Assembly (NCBI GenBank): GCA_036918135.1
Contig: JBALDB010000051.1
Location: forward strand, 160,001-224,000
Source: Nostoc sp.
GTDB lineage: Bacteria; Cyanobacteriota; Cyanobacteriia; Cyanobacteriales; Nostocaceae
Length of the DNA stretch: 64,000 nucleotides
Direction of reading: 5' to 3'
Below are positions 21,846 through 31,400 of this stretch, piece by piece. The translations under genes and the position numbers were made by a program. The notes under the pieces were generated by a model. It saw only the letters and a list, made by a program, of their open reading frames with translations. It was not told where the DNA came from and did not search any database. Positions within the stretch are counted from its first letter, which is position 1, and each line of letters opens with the position of its first letter.

Positions 21846-22091
21846 AGGGACTTCTAGAGAATAAAATATACAGTTACTTAAAATGATTATCATTTTAAGA
21901 GGATAAAAGCGGTTGCCAACAATAACCGCTTTTTCCCTCACCCTCAATAAATATTGCAAGATAAATGTCTACACTCAACAACTATTGAGTGTAGTGAGCA
22001 GAATTGCTATCGACTATTTTGCAACGCATTGTCTCCCCTGATATTGATTATCATTCTAAATAATTGGTGATTTTATTATTTGGAAGTCCCT
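21846..22091. mobile_element. 246-bp element with about 58-bp imperfect terminal inverted repeats carrying Fur-box-like palindromes
   Basis: Left end AGGGACTTCTAGAGAATAAAA...AATGATTATCATT; right end in reverse complement AGGGACTTCCAAATAATAAAA...AATGATAATCAAT. Two internal hairpins. Confidence 0.6.
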
Positions 22092-22222
22092 AAACACTAA
22101 AATTGCGAACCTCCATAAAGATGAAAGCTTTTAGGAAAGAGTGCAAGGGCACAGTCCATTCTGGCGACTGAATTCTTAGTTTTTTTAATTGTCTCCAGTT
22201 CCAATCAAAAACAATCTTCTAA

Positions 22223-25200
22223 CTAAAATTCTGCCAGAGATGATTTCAAGCGTTCTGCTAAGACTTGTAAATGAGGTTCCAAAATACATGTATAGTGATT
22301 ACCAGAAACATCAATAATTTTTATATCTTCTGCATCCAGAATAGAGAATAATTCCACCCATACAAGAGTTGGGTCGGAAGCCATAATATGCTTTTCTTTG
22401 GCTCTCAAGACAGTGACTTTTCCTGGATATGGCTGTGGCAGATAAGAATAAGTTGCTTTTAGCGTTCCAACTAACACATCAAGAATGCGTCGGTTTTGTT
22501 GGCTTTGATTTGATGGTGGTAATATCTTGACTTCTATTGCTTTGTCAAGGATGTAGTTAATTTGTTCGTTAATACTCAAGTGCTTAATTTCATCAGGTGT
22601 TACTAGATTATCTTGACCTGCTATTCCACCAAAATATCTGGAAAGAACACCAACCAAATAAGGAGCGTCAATTTTCTTGTTTTTATCCAAGAGAATTGGA
22701 ACATAAGAATCAACTATTACTAAAGATACTTCCTGTCCCTGTTTGTGTAATTGTTGTGCCATTTCATAGGCTACAACTCCCCCAAATGACCAACCACCAA
22801 CAGAGTAAGGGCCATTGGGCTGAAACTTCCTAATTGCTTGGATATACAAGCTTGCCATATCCTCGACTCGTGTGAGTGGTTCTTCTTCCCCATGAAACCC
22901 TTGCGCTTGCAAGCCATAAAATGGTTGGTCGTCACTGAGAGAATGCGCCAATTTGAAGTAACACATAACATGACCTCCAGCAGGATGTATGCAGAAAAAG
23001 GCTGGCTTGTTACCTTTTGGCTGGATGGGAACTAGGAGGGAGTTTTCAAAAGTATTAGAACTGGTATTAAGAAGATTTGCAAACTTTTCAATGGTGGGAT
23101 TGGTGAGGACTGCTGATAAGGGTAATTCCTTACCAAAGTGCTGCCCAATTGAAGCTATTAAGTAGATTGCTGAAAGAGAATTTCCACCGATTTCAAAGAA
23201 GTTATCTTTAACACCTATTGGCTGAATGTTTAAAATTTCTGACCAGATTTTTGCCAGTTTCCCTTCAGTATCATTGCGCGGTGCGACAAATTCATTGTGT
23301 TGGCTGAAGCTAGAAAGTGTTGGCTTTGGCAAAGCGCGACGGTTGACTTTTCCACTAGGAGTTAAGGGTAATGCTTCTAAGATTACAAAAGCTATTGGCA
23401 CCATGTAATCTGGTAGTTTCTGTTTGAGGAAATCGCGCAGGGTGTCAGGAGTTGGTTCTTCCTGTTTAGTAGTGATATAAGCTACTATTTGTTTTTCTGC
23501 TGATCGATCGCTACGGGTAATCACAACCGCTTCTCGCACTTGTGGATGAGCAGATAAAGCGTTTTCTATATCCCCAAGTTCGATCCGAAAACCTCGAATT
23601 TTTACTTGATTGTCTATTCGACTAACGTATTCAATATTGCCATCATCCAGGTAACGAGCTAAATCTCCTGTTCTGTAAAAACAGGAACCTTGCGAGAAAG
23701 GATTAGCAATAAACCGTTCAGCAGTGAGTTCAGGACGATTGAAGTAACCGCGTGCAACCCCAGCACCACCTATATACAATTCGCCCAAAACTCCGATGGG
23801 AACTGGTTGAAGATGGGAATCCAATATGTAAGTTTGTGTATTGGCGATCGGACGACCGATGGGGACTAAAGCATGAGATAGTTTCGCAGCTTCTACTTGA
23901 CAGACAGTTGACCAAATAGTCGTTTCAGTCGGTCCATACAAATTCCATACAGTATCACCTTTTTCCAATAAATGCTTTGCCAAGTCACTAGTTAAGCCTT
24001 CGCCACCGCAGAGAATTTTTAATTGAGGAGAACTAGTCCATCCAGCCGCAAGCAACATCCGCCAACTAGCTGGGGTGGCTTGCATAATCGTAGCACCAGA
24101 AGAATGAATTAGTTCTTTGAGTTGCCTGCCATCGCTAGCAACTTCTCGACTTCCTAATACCAACCTAGCACCCGTAATTAAAGGCAGATACAGCTCCAGG
24201 GCAGCAATATCAAATGATATTGTAGTCACTGCCAAAAGGACATCTGACTCTGCAATCCCAGGTTCTTGCTGCATAGATTTTAAGAAATTGACCACAGCAA
24301 CATGAGGAATTTCTACTCCTTTAGGCTTACCAGTTGAACCAGAGGTATAGATAACATAAGCCAGATTTTTAGCAGTTGCAGATGGTGCAGGATTATCTTT
24401 ACTATGACTCGCAATCTTTTCCTTATCTGTACGTAAATAGATGACTTTCCTATGTTCATCATCAGCAAATAATTTTTGATTATCAGTTAATAACACTGGC
24501 ACCTGAGAATCAGATAAGATTAATTCCAAGCGTTCTTGTGGATAACCTGGGTCTAAAGGTAAGTAAGCTGCGCCAGCTTTCAAGATACCCAAAAGTCCGA
24601 CCAGCATCTCTAAAGAACGCTCAACGCAGATACCTACTAAAACCTCTGGTTTAACTCCCAGTGTTTGTAAGTAGTGCGCGAGTTGATTTGCTTTTCTGTT
24701 GAGTTCACCATAGGTAAGCTGTTCTTCTAAAAAAGAGACTGCGATCGCATCACTGTTTCGCTCTACCTGTGCTTCTATTAATTGGTGGAGACATATACTC
24801 AAGTCATAATCAGTCCTAGTCGCATTCCATTCAACCAGTATTTTCTCTTGTTCCTTCTGACTCAGCAATGGTAACTGAGCTACTGGCTGTTCTGGATTTG
24901 ATACAATACTTTCTAATAAATTCTGGAAATGTTCGCTTAGATGAGCAACTGTCGTTTCATCTAACAAATTACTGTTGTACTTAAAGGAACTCTGTAATGA
25001 TTCAGAAAACTCAATGACTTCTAAGCTTAAATCAAATTCTACTTGTTGCTGGGGTAGTTGTCGGTACTCTAGTTCGAGTTGACCACCATTTGCATTCTGT
25101 TGATTGCCTGCCACCTCGAATAATTGTGATATGTCTTCCAGTCTATTGACATTTTGGAAAGTAAATGAAGCTTGACAAATAGGTGAATGGCTTGAATCAG

Positions 25201-25702
25201 ACTTTGACTGTAATTCTCTTACCAATAGAGCAAACGGATAGTCTAGATACTCCCTTACTTCTAAAACAGTCTGACTAACTTGTTTCAAAAAGTTTTGAAA
25301 TGATGTATTGTCTGAAATCAAATCTCGTGAAACAACTACATTAGCAAAGTTGCTCACAACTTTTGTCGATTCCGGTCTATCATGCTGAGTTAGTAGCAAA
25401 CCAACAAGAATATCTTTTTCATTTGTATAACGGTAAAGCAGAACTTTAAATGCTGCTAAAAGAAGGGTATCAATGTTAACTCTTTCACTATTTGCTAGTT
25501 GTTTGAGTAACGCGGTTAGTCTATTGTTGATGACAAAAGTATAAGAGGAGCAATTGTAAGTTTTTATAGAAAAGCGAGGTGAACTAGTGGGGAACTTGAG
25601 TAAAGGTAATTTACCAGATAAGTATTTTTCCCAATATTCTTTAAGTTCTAAGTTAGAAAATGACGCTTTCATGCTTAACAATTTATTCCTGTGTAATTGC
25701 AC
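22223..25702 (-). CDS. Single-module NRPS (partial C, A, T, TE) with predicted glycine specificity; MysE-like
   Basis: A3 YVIYTSGSTGKPKG, NLYGPTE, YRTGDL, T domain GGNSL and TE GWSFG. The N-terminus is only the second half of a C domain, with no HHxxxDG. Specificity residues read by eye as DILQLGLIWK. Alternative ATG at 25672. Confidence 0.9.
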   Translation of the reverse strand: MQLHRNKLLSMKASFSNLELKEYWEKYLSGKLPLLKFPTSSPRFSIKTYNCSSYTFVINNRLTALLKQLANSERVNIDTLLLAAFKVLLYRYTNEKDILVGLLLTQHDRPESTKVVSNFANVVVSRDLISDNTSFQNFLKQVSQTVLEVREYLDYPFALLVRELQSKSDSSHSPICQASFTFQNVNRLEDISQLFEVAGNQQNANGGQLELEYRQLPQQQVEFDLSLEVIEFSESLQSSFKYNSNLLDETTVAHLSEHFQNLLESIVSNPEQPVAQLPLLSQKEQEKILVEWNATRTDYDLSICLHQLIEAQVERNSDAIAVSFLEEQLTYGELNRKANQLAHYLQTLGVKPEVLVGICVERSLEMLVGLLGILKAGAAYLPLDPGYPQERLELILSDSQVPVLLTDNQKLFADDEHRKVIYLRTDKEKIASHSKDNPAPSATAKNLAYVIYTSGSTGKPKGVEIPHVAVVNFLKSMQQEPGIAESDVLLAVTTISFDIAALELYLPLITGARLVLGSREVASDGRQLKELIHSSGATIMQATPASWRMLLAAGWTSSPQLKILCGGEGLTSDLAKHLLEKGDTVWNLYGPTETTIWSTVCQVEAAKLSHALVPIGRPIANTQTYILDSHLQPVPIGVLGELYIGGAGVARGYFNRPELTAERFIANPFSQGSCFYRTGDLARYLDDGNIEYVSRIDNQVKIRGFRIELGDIENALSAHPQVREAVVITRSDRSAEKQIVAYITTKQEEPTPDTLRDFLKQKLPDYMVPIAFVILEALPLTPSGKVNRRALPKPTLSSFSQHNEFVAPRNDTEGKLAKIWSEILNIQPIGVKDNFFEIGGNSLSAIYLIASIGQHFGKELPLSAVLTNPTIEKFANLLNTSSNTFENSLLVPIQPKGNKPAFFCIHPAGGHVMCYFKLAHSLSDDQPFYGLQAQGFHGEEEPLTRVEDMASLYIQAIRKFQPNGPYSVGGWSFGGVVAYEMAQQLHKQGQEVSLVIVDSYVPILLDKNKKIDAPYLVGVLSRYFGGIAGQDNLVTPDEIKHLSINEQINYILDKAIEVKILPPSNQSQQNRRILDVLVGTLKATYSYLPQPYPGKVTVLRAKEKHIMASDPTLVWVELFSILDAEDIKIIDVSGNHYTCILEPHLQVLAERLKSSLAEF

Positions 25703-25712
25703 TGACTATTAA

Positions 25713-26111
25713 TTTTGGTTTTTAAGTACCGATGATGCTAAAGTTTTTCCACACTCATGCTATCAGCAACGATCGCCGAAAAAACGAGGATACATCACCA
25801 CCCACGATCGCGATGGGCAAAGCCCCGCCTTTGGCGATCGCATCCTGGAACTGATGAGCCGCATTAAGCTTGCCACCGATCATCCCCTCCTCGATAGCGA
25901 CCTCGTTTGGTACGCCACCCAGTCCCTCATTATGACACGGGACGGCTTGCTGCGTGGGGCGGCGATGCCAAAACCAATTGGTGAATGCTTTTTCGTCAAT
26001 GATTTGACCTGTGAAGAACTCGATGCTGCTCTCAATGACCACAAGTACATTTGTGCCGCCTATACCCAGGCCGATGCTAGAATAAACGCTTACGCGGGAA
26101 GTCGCAAATAA
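25713..26111 (+). pseudogene. GC-richer gene fragment of unknown family (possibly the C-terminal part of a methyltransferase)
   Basis: The frame is open from 25713 without an ATG until 25854 and reads ...[28 protein letters not shown].... Visibly more GC-rich than its flanks. Confidence 0.35.
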
Positions 26112-26231
26112 ACCTTAGTTGAGAGTGGAACAAATGTCTAGTGTTGTGAACGAGGAGAAAGCTCAAAGCGTCACGCTGCTAGGTATTAGCTCTACCATGA
26201 AGTTTGGTGGCTCAATTCAATCAGGTAACTA

Positions 26232-27455
26232 ATGTCCAACACTACTAAGCAAGATTCGATGACAATACAGCAACTTATTGGCATCATGATCCTGTTTTAC
26301 TTAATTCAAACTTACGGATGTTATCCAGGACTTTTCGGTCTTCCACTGACCATTTATCTTAAAGAGAGCCTTGGACTTTCACCAGCACAGTTAGCATCCT
26401 TCAGCACTTTAATTTTCATTCCCTGGTTAATTAGACCACTTTACGGAATCATTGCAGATGCCGTTTCATTATTTGGCTATCAGTTCAAAAGCTACTTTTT
26501 TATCTGCTATGCGCTAGCTCTTGCCGTCTTGTTAGGTTTAGGAGTCTTTCAATTTAACACAATTTTCCTACTAGCGATCGGTCTAATTTTAGTCAACTTA
26601 TTCATAGCCTTTAGCGACGTACTAACAGATAAAATAATGGTCGTTCAAGGCAGGATTTTAAACAACACGGCTCGCTTACAGGCAGCTCAATGGACATCTT
26701 TAAGTTTTGGTCAAGCTCTAATGTATTATATCGGCGGATGGCTTGCTCAAAATTCTAATCTATCAATGGCGTTTCTGCTCACTGCAATTGTACCGTTGAT
26801 TGGTTTAGTTGCAACCTTCCTATTATTTGCAGATGAGAAAAAAGAGCGAACAAATGTTTCAGTTAAAAGTAATCTGAAATCTATTTGGTTAGCAGTAAAG
26901 TCGCGACGGTTTCTCGCTGTTCTGGGCTTTATTGCTTGCCTTGAGTTCACTCTCGTCCCACCTTTGGTAAATTACCTTGTCTATTACTACAAGGATGCTT
27001 TGAAGTTTGACGCTCAATTTATAGGGATTTTGGGTACATTTGAAGCTTTGGCTAATGGTGTAGGCGCTCTCGTTTTTGGTATCTTTGCCTTTAGGATTTC
27101 CCGACAGCTACTACTAAATTTAGCAATTGGCTTAACTACCGTTTCTACCATTGGTTTATTATTTATACACAATACACAGAGCGCTATCTTGGTTAGTATA
27201 TTTTTTGGATTTTTTGCCATGATAGCCATGCTGGGTGTCTTAGAAATTGCAGCAAGATCTTGTCCTGTTGGTGCAGAAGGTGCAACCTACGCAATGCTAA
27301 TGTCAGTTTATAATCTGGTTAAACAACCGGGTCCCATTTTAGGAGGTTACTTATATAGTTGGGGAGTTCCAGTTTACATTCTTGTCATTATCAGTGCCGT
27401 ATTTACAATGCTTTGCTGGTTTCTAATTCCTCTACTGAAATTAGAGCAAGAGTAA
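26232..27455 (+). CDS. MFS transporter, folate/biopterin (BT1)-like
   Basis: About 12 hydrophobic segments, with PWLIRPLYGIIAD...FGY, AFSDVLTD and CPVGAEGATYAMLMS motifs typical of BT1 proteins. Confidence 0.8.
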   Translation: MSNTTKQDSMTIQQLIGIMILFYLIQTYGCYPGLFGLPLTIYLKESLGLSPAQLASFSTLIFIPWLIRPLYGIIADAVSLFGYQFKSYFFICYALALAVLLGLGVFQFNTIFLLAIGLILVNLFIAFSDVLTDKIMVVQGRILNNTARLQAAQWTSLSFGQALMYYIGGWLAQNSNLSMAFLLTAIVPLIGLVATFLLFADEKKERTNVSVKSNLKSIWLAVKSRRFLAVLGFIACLEFTLVPPLVNYLVYYYKDALKFDAQFIGILGTFEALANGVGALVFGIFAFRISRQLLLNLAIGLTTVSTIGLLFIHNTQSAILVSIFFGFFAMIAMLGVLEIAARSCPVGAEGATYAMLMSVYNLVKQPGPILGGYLYSWGVPVYILVIISAVFTMLCWFLIPLLKLEQE

Positions 27456-27549
27456 TTAAGCACGAAGAGTAACAATTTTTTTTAAAAGGCACGCGGCTCG
27501 CATCTATTGAATCAGTAACAATAGGGGTAATGCTTAAGCTCTGTCCAAC

Positions 27550-27725
27550 CTAGTACCGCAAGGCGGAAGTCAAAAGTCAAAAGTATTATTGAATAAGCTC
27601 TTTAGGGATTTTAAATGGTGAACCAGCGCTACAGGAGGGTTAGCCCGACCTAGGCGACTGGTGTTAGCGCAGCGGTAGCGAGGAACGAGCGTCAGGGTTG
27701 CCCTATTTACGCTGCTCTGTACTAG
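27550..27725. mobile_element. MITE-like element bounded by CTAG, with internal repeats
   Basis: Ends CTAGTACCGCAAGGCG and CGCTGCTCTGTACTAG. Contains AAGTCAA heptamers and a CCAGCGCT...GCGACTGG sub-element also seen near 18288-18355. Confidence 0.6.
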
Positions 27726-27730
27726 TGATT

Positions 27731-28885
27731 TCAACGACTTGTTAATAAAGCGGGTTTGAAATCGTGAATGTTGCACATATTCCCAAAAGCAGTCAGGATT
27801 TTTCGCTTCAGTTTAGTATTGAGTCTACTATGAGCAACTTGTAGGTTATCGATTACGAGAATATCGCCTTGCTTCCACTGAAATATGACTGCATTTTTCC
27901 ATTCAGCTTGCCCCAACTCTTTCGCTTCTGCTTCCGTCATATTGATGCTTTGACCATCTTTGTTCAAAAAATATGCGTTCAAAGTACTGGTTCGTTTTTG
28001 CAAACCATCAACAACAGTTGCTGCTGTTGTTGTTCTTTGTTGAATATTTTTGTACAATCTGGCTGGCAGCAAGTTGTAGTAGAGCCTTTGTTTAAATGAA
28101 TACCGTTGCCCAATATTTCGATACCATTCTCTACTAACTAAACAATCAACAATACTAAGGCAAAAGCAGAGTCTACTCGTTCTTGGATGACTGAATAAGG
28201 GAATATAAGAACATTCAAAAGAAATAGAGCCATCCTCTTGCCAGTTAAAATCAAATTCTTGTTCTTGGAGAAGTTTGGCGATCTCCTCTGGCGAGAGATC
28301 CTCGAAGACCATTTCTAATAGATGGTTTGGAACATATCGCACAAACTGCTGAGGAAAGTTTGCAATTTTGTGCTGTAAGCTGGGAGATAAGTCATAAAAT
28401 AGCTTTTCTGTATTGATGATGGGAGTCTCCCCATACAAGTCGGGCTGAACTTGACAAAAGAAAGCAAGTACACTCGGTCGCACCGGCACCATATTGAGTT
28501 CATTGTGAGGAGCTATAATCACATCTGGTGGAGCTTCAGAAGAGGTGAAGACTTTATCAGTTATTCGTACACGATGAGCGCTGCCAAAATGATAAACTGA
28601 CTCCAGTTGGATATTCAATAGCTCTAGGGCTTTTTGAAATTGCTCTGCACCTTCAACCTCAAATCCCCGAAACAAAATCGCTCCGTATGTATCTAGTTGT
28701 TTATTGAACCAGTCACCACTTTCCTTCAGCAATGCTTTGAGAACTGCAAAGGATTTTTCTTTGACTGGCTCAATAACTAGAGGTAGTTCTTTTTCAGTAC
28801 TGCTAACAGTTTTCTCATGATCCTGCAAAAACCGTAATCTCATATCTGAAGAAATTGAAGTTGGGAGATTATGGATAGTATTCAT
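27731..28885 (-). CDS. Fe(II)/2-oxoglutarate oxygenase, TauD / clavaminate synthase-like family
   Basis: GAILFRGF, HNE (HxE) and WKQGDILVIDNLQVAHSR facial-triad motifs. ATG at 28885; the ORF track starts at 28912. Confidence 0.85.
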   Translation of the reverse strand: MNTIHNLPTSISSDMRLRFLQDHEKTVSSTEKELPLVIEPVKEKSFAVLKALLKESGDWFNKQLDTYGAILFRGFEVEGAEQFQKALELLNIQLESVYHFGSAHRVRITDKVFTSSEAPPDVIIAPHNELNMVPVRPSVLAFFCQVQPDLYGETPIINTEKLFYDLSPSLQHKIANFPQQFVRYVPNHLLEMVFEDLSPEEIAKLLQEQEFDFNWQEDGSISFECSYIPLFSHPRTSRLCFCLSIVDCLVSREWYRNIGQRYSFKQRLYYNLLPARLYKNIQQRTTTAATVVDGLQKRTSTLNAYFLNKDGQSINMTEAEAKELGQAEWKNAVIFQWKQGDILVIDNLQVAHSRLNTKLKRKILTAFGNMCNIHDFKPALLTSR

Positions 28886-28952
28886 AGAGTGAAAAAATGA
28901 TATATTTAACAATCGACCAATAACCTTTCTCTTCCCCCATTCTCCAATCTCT

Positions 28953-29927
28953 CTACATAGCTGATTCTACCTCTTTCTTAATAGCAAATTCGCTAGATGA
29001 AGTTAAATATACCCCTGAAATAATCACAACAAAACTTATCAATGTAGACCAGTTGAGGCTTTCCGAAAAGATAATCCAAGCTTGCAGGGAGCTAAAGACG
29101 GGAACAAACAGATCGCATAAGGAGACAAATCCTGAAGATAACTTGTTGAGACTATAGGCATAAAGTCCCAAGCCTATTATTTGGCATATCAGGGCTAGGC
29201 AAATCACGTAAAACCACCCACCCAACGAATAGGGGAAAAGCCTATCTTCTGTGAGTAAAGCGATAGGCAAAAGTAACACCGAGCCGATCGCAGAACACCA
29301 TGTCATGATTATTGTCGGACTCAATTGACTTCGTAGTTGTTCCACGATGAGTGGATAGAAACCAAGAAACACAGCTGATAGTAATGCCATTAGATCTCCT
29401 TGGAGTTTGTCACTCGTCAAGGAAATATCATTGTATACTATAATACCAGCGCCAGCAATAGCTACAAACATACCGATAAGGAATTTACCATTAAAGCGCT
29501 TCCCAAAAATCAGCCATCCTCCTAAGACAGTGAACAGTGGAGCCAAATAGTGCATGAGCGTAGCGTTAGCGACGTTGGTCTGAGTTAGTGACAAAGCCCA
29601 CAGACTAAGAGTAGCAAATATGACAATACCTCCTCCGATTAAGAGCAAAATTAGCCGGATTGGGTAAAGTTGTAGTTTTTCCGGTTGGCTATTAGATAGT
29701 CGCAGACACGCAGCTGCGAATCCATTCCACAGCACTAAGGCGACAGTAGAGATCCAAAAGCGATTAAAGATTGTAACATTTGGACCGAGTTCGCCTTCAC
29801 TCAAGCGGATCAGAATTGGTGAGAAAGATAAGGCTACTAAGCTGACTACCAATGAAGCAACTGCTGCGGTAGTTGGTGTTGCTAATAACTGTTCGTATGG
29901 GAATTTCAGTTTAGCTTTGAGCATCAA
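28953..29927 (-). CDS. EamA/DMT-family transporter
   Basis: About 10 hydrophobic segments in two repeats; SLTQTNVANATL, GDLMALLSA. Confidence 0.85.
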   Translation of the reverse strand: MMLKAKLKFPYEQLLATPTTAAVASLVVSLVALSFSPILIRLSEGELGPNVTIFNRFWISTVALVLWNGFAAACLRLSNSQPEKLQLYPIRLILLLIGGGIVIFATLSLWALSLTQTNVANATLMHYLAPLFTVLGGWLIFGKRFNGKFLIGMFVAIAGAGIIVYNDISLTSDKLQGDLMALLSAVFLGFYPLIVEQLRSQLSPTIIMTWCSAIGSVLLLPIALLTEDRLFPYSLGGWFYVICLALICQIIGLGLYAYSLNKLSSGFVSLCDLFVPVFSSLQAWIIFSESLNWSTLISFVVIISGVYLTSSSEFAIKKEVESAM

Positions 29928-29951
29928 TATTTTCCAATAACGTGACTAGGT

Positions 29952-30085
29952 GTAAGTAGGTCGGTGTAAATATTTATCGTTGGGATGAGGCAGGAGGCAG
30001 CTATGCTGGAGGCAGGAGGGAAGAGGGTTTGAGTCTATTTAATTTTTCTTAACATAGTTCGGTTTTTCCACATCGTTCTACTTAC
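29952..30085. mobile_element. MITE-like element with internal GGCAGGA repeats
   Basis: Ends GTAAGTAGGTCGGTGT and ACATCGTTCTACTTAC form an imperfect inverted repeat. Confidence 0.55.
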
Positions 30086-30278
30086 TTAATCTTTCTGGCT
30101 ACTTTGTTGCCTTGTTTAGTCAATTAAAGTAATACATGTATACTAATTATCCTCACATCTAGCTGTTATGTCAAAAAACTACGTTCACACAAAATTTAAG
30201 TATAAATACTTAATAAACGAGACAGTGATTTGAGAAAATTGTTATCATAAAATATTGCACCAAATTCAAATCATGCCG

Positions 30279-30312
30279 GGATATGTCTTGTAGCAAGCCA
30301 AAAGACATATCC
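30279..30312 (-). terminator. Hairpin downstream of the methyltransferase gene
   Basis: 12-bp stem GGATATGTCTT(G)...AAGACATATCC. Confidence 0.5.
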
Positions 30313-30359
30313 GTAATTTTGGCAGTGGATGTAAAACTTTGTTTGTATTTGTGCGAGGC

Positions 30360-31400
30360 TCAAAACACTGTGCTAAATTCCATCACCGTCAGGCTAGTTC
30401 CCGTGTAAATAACTTTTTCGAGTTGAAAGCCACTAGTTTCAAACAACTCCTTATACTCTTGTTCCGTGCGCCAGTAACCCCCAGGATTTGTTACCATCAT
30501 CTGAACTGCGGCAAGGGCTGGGATAGTGCCATCTTGATATTCTACTGGCGCACCACGAGGTGGAACAAGTGTCTGTAGAAGTACAACCTTACCTTGTTTT
30601 GGGAGAGCTTTTTTACACCCAGTTAGTACTTTAATTGTGTCTTGCGAACTGAATACGGAAAGAAAATACTTCATCACGATCGCATCTGCACCCTTTGGTA
30701 TCTCCTCCAAGGCATTACCACCAATGACTTTCACTTCATTTTCGTCGAGTCCCTGCTTTGATAGGTAATCTGGTGCTGTCTCAACCTCATGCGGTAAATC
30801 AAACAATATACCTTTACAGCCAAATTTTTTGACAATATAGGCAATCAGTGCCCCTTGATTGCCTCCAACGTCCATAACTGTATCAAATTGACCGAAATCA
30901 TAGACCTCAAACAGCGAATCAATTGCTTGATTCGTTAAAAAGCTCATGGCATTGTTGAACAGATTTCTGCTATCAGGGTTTTCCGTCATGAAGAATTCGT
31001 AGAATTTCTTGCCATGCGCCCTCTCAAAAGCTACTTCCCCTGTTTTCAAGGAATCCCCTAGTTCCCTCCAAGCATTCCACATACAGGGTTCTGTAATATG
31101 CATTAGAAAATGTCCAACAGAAGGTTCTGCATTTGTAATCAGCAGTTGGGAGAGTTCTGTTGCTGCAAATACACGTCCGGGCTTTTCTACGAACACCCCT
31201 AAATGAGCTAAAGCACGGAGAAGAACATAAAGAGTTTCTACTTTCGTAGAGGTTGCTTTTGCTATTGCTTCTACAGTCATTGGTTGGGACTGTAAGAGGT
31301 TAGGTATACCTAAATTTGTTGCTATATAAAGGCACTGGCTTTGCCAGTAACCATAGATCATTTGAGCAAGCTTCTTGGATGCTGAAGTAGTTCCTAACAA
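30360..31400 (-). CDS. SAM-dependent methyltransferase, family 2 (O/N-methyltransferase with dimerisation domain)
   Basis: N-terminal winged-helix dimerisation region, VMDVGGNQG motif I, LFDLP and RTEQEYKELF. Confidence 0.88.
   Translation of the reverse strand: MLGTTSASKKLAQMIYGYWQSQCLYIATNLGIPNLLQSQPMTVEAIAKATSTKVETLYVLLRALAHLGVFVEKPGRVFAATELSQLLITNAEPSVGHFLMHITEPCMWNAWRELGDSLKTGEVAFERAHGKKFYEFFMTENPDSRNLFNNAMSFLTNQAIDSLFEVYDFGQFDTVMDVGGNQGALIAYIVKKFGCKGILFDLPHEVETAPDYLSKQGLDENEVKVIGGNALEEIPKGADAIVMKYFLSVFSSQDTIKVLTGCKKALPKQGKVVLLQTLVPPRGAPVEYQDGTIPALAAVQMMVTNPGGYWRTEQEYKELFETSGFQLEKVIYTGTSLTVMEFSTVF

Noticed and set aside
25755..26042. 95-aa minus-strand ORF as a gene upstream of the NRPS
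   Set aside because: No recognisable domain; the plus-strand frame looks more protein-like.
22223..31400. Siderophore or known cyanotoxin cluster
   Set aside because: Single module only, with no TonB receptor, PKS or hallmark toxin genes in the window.
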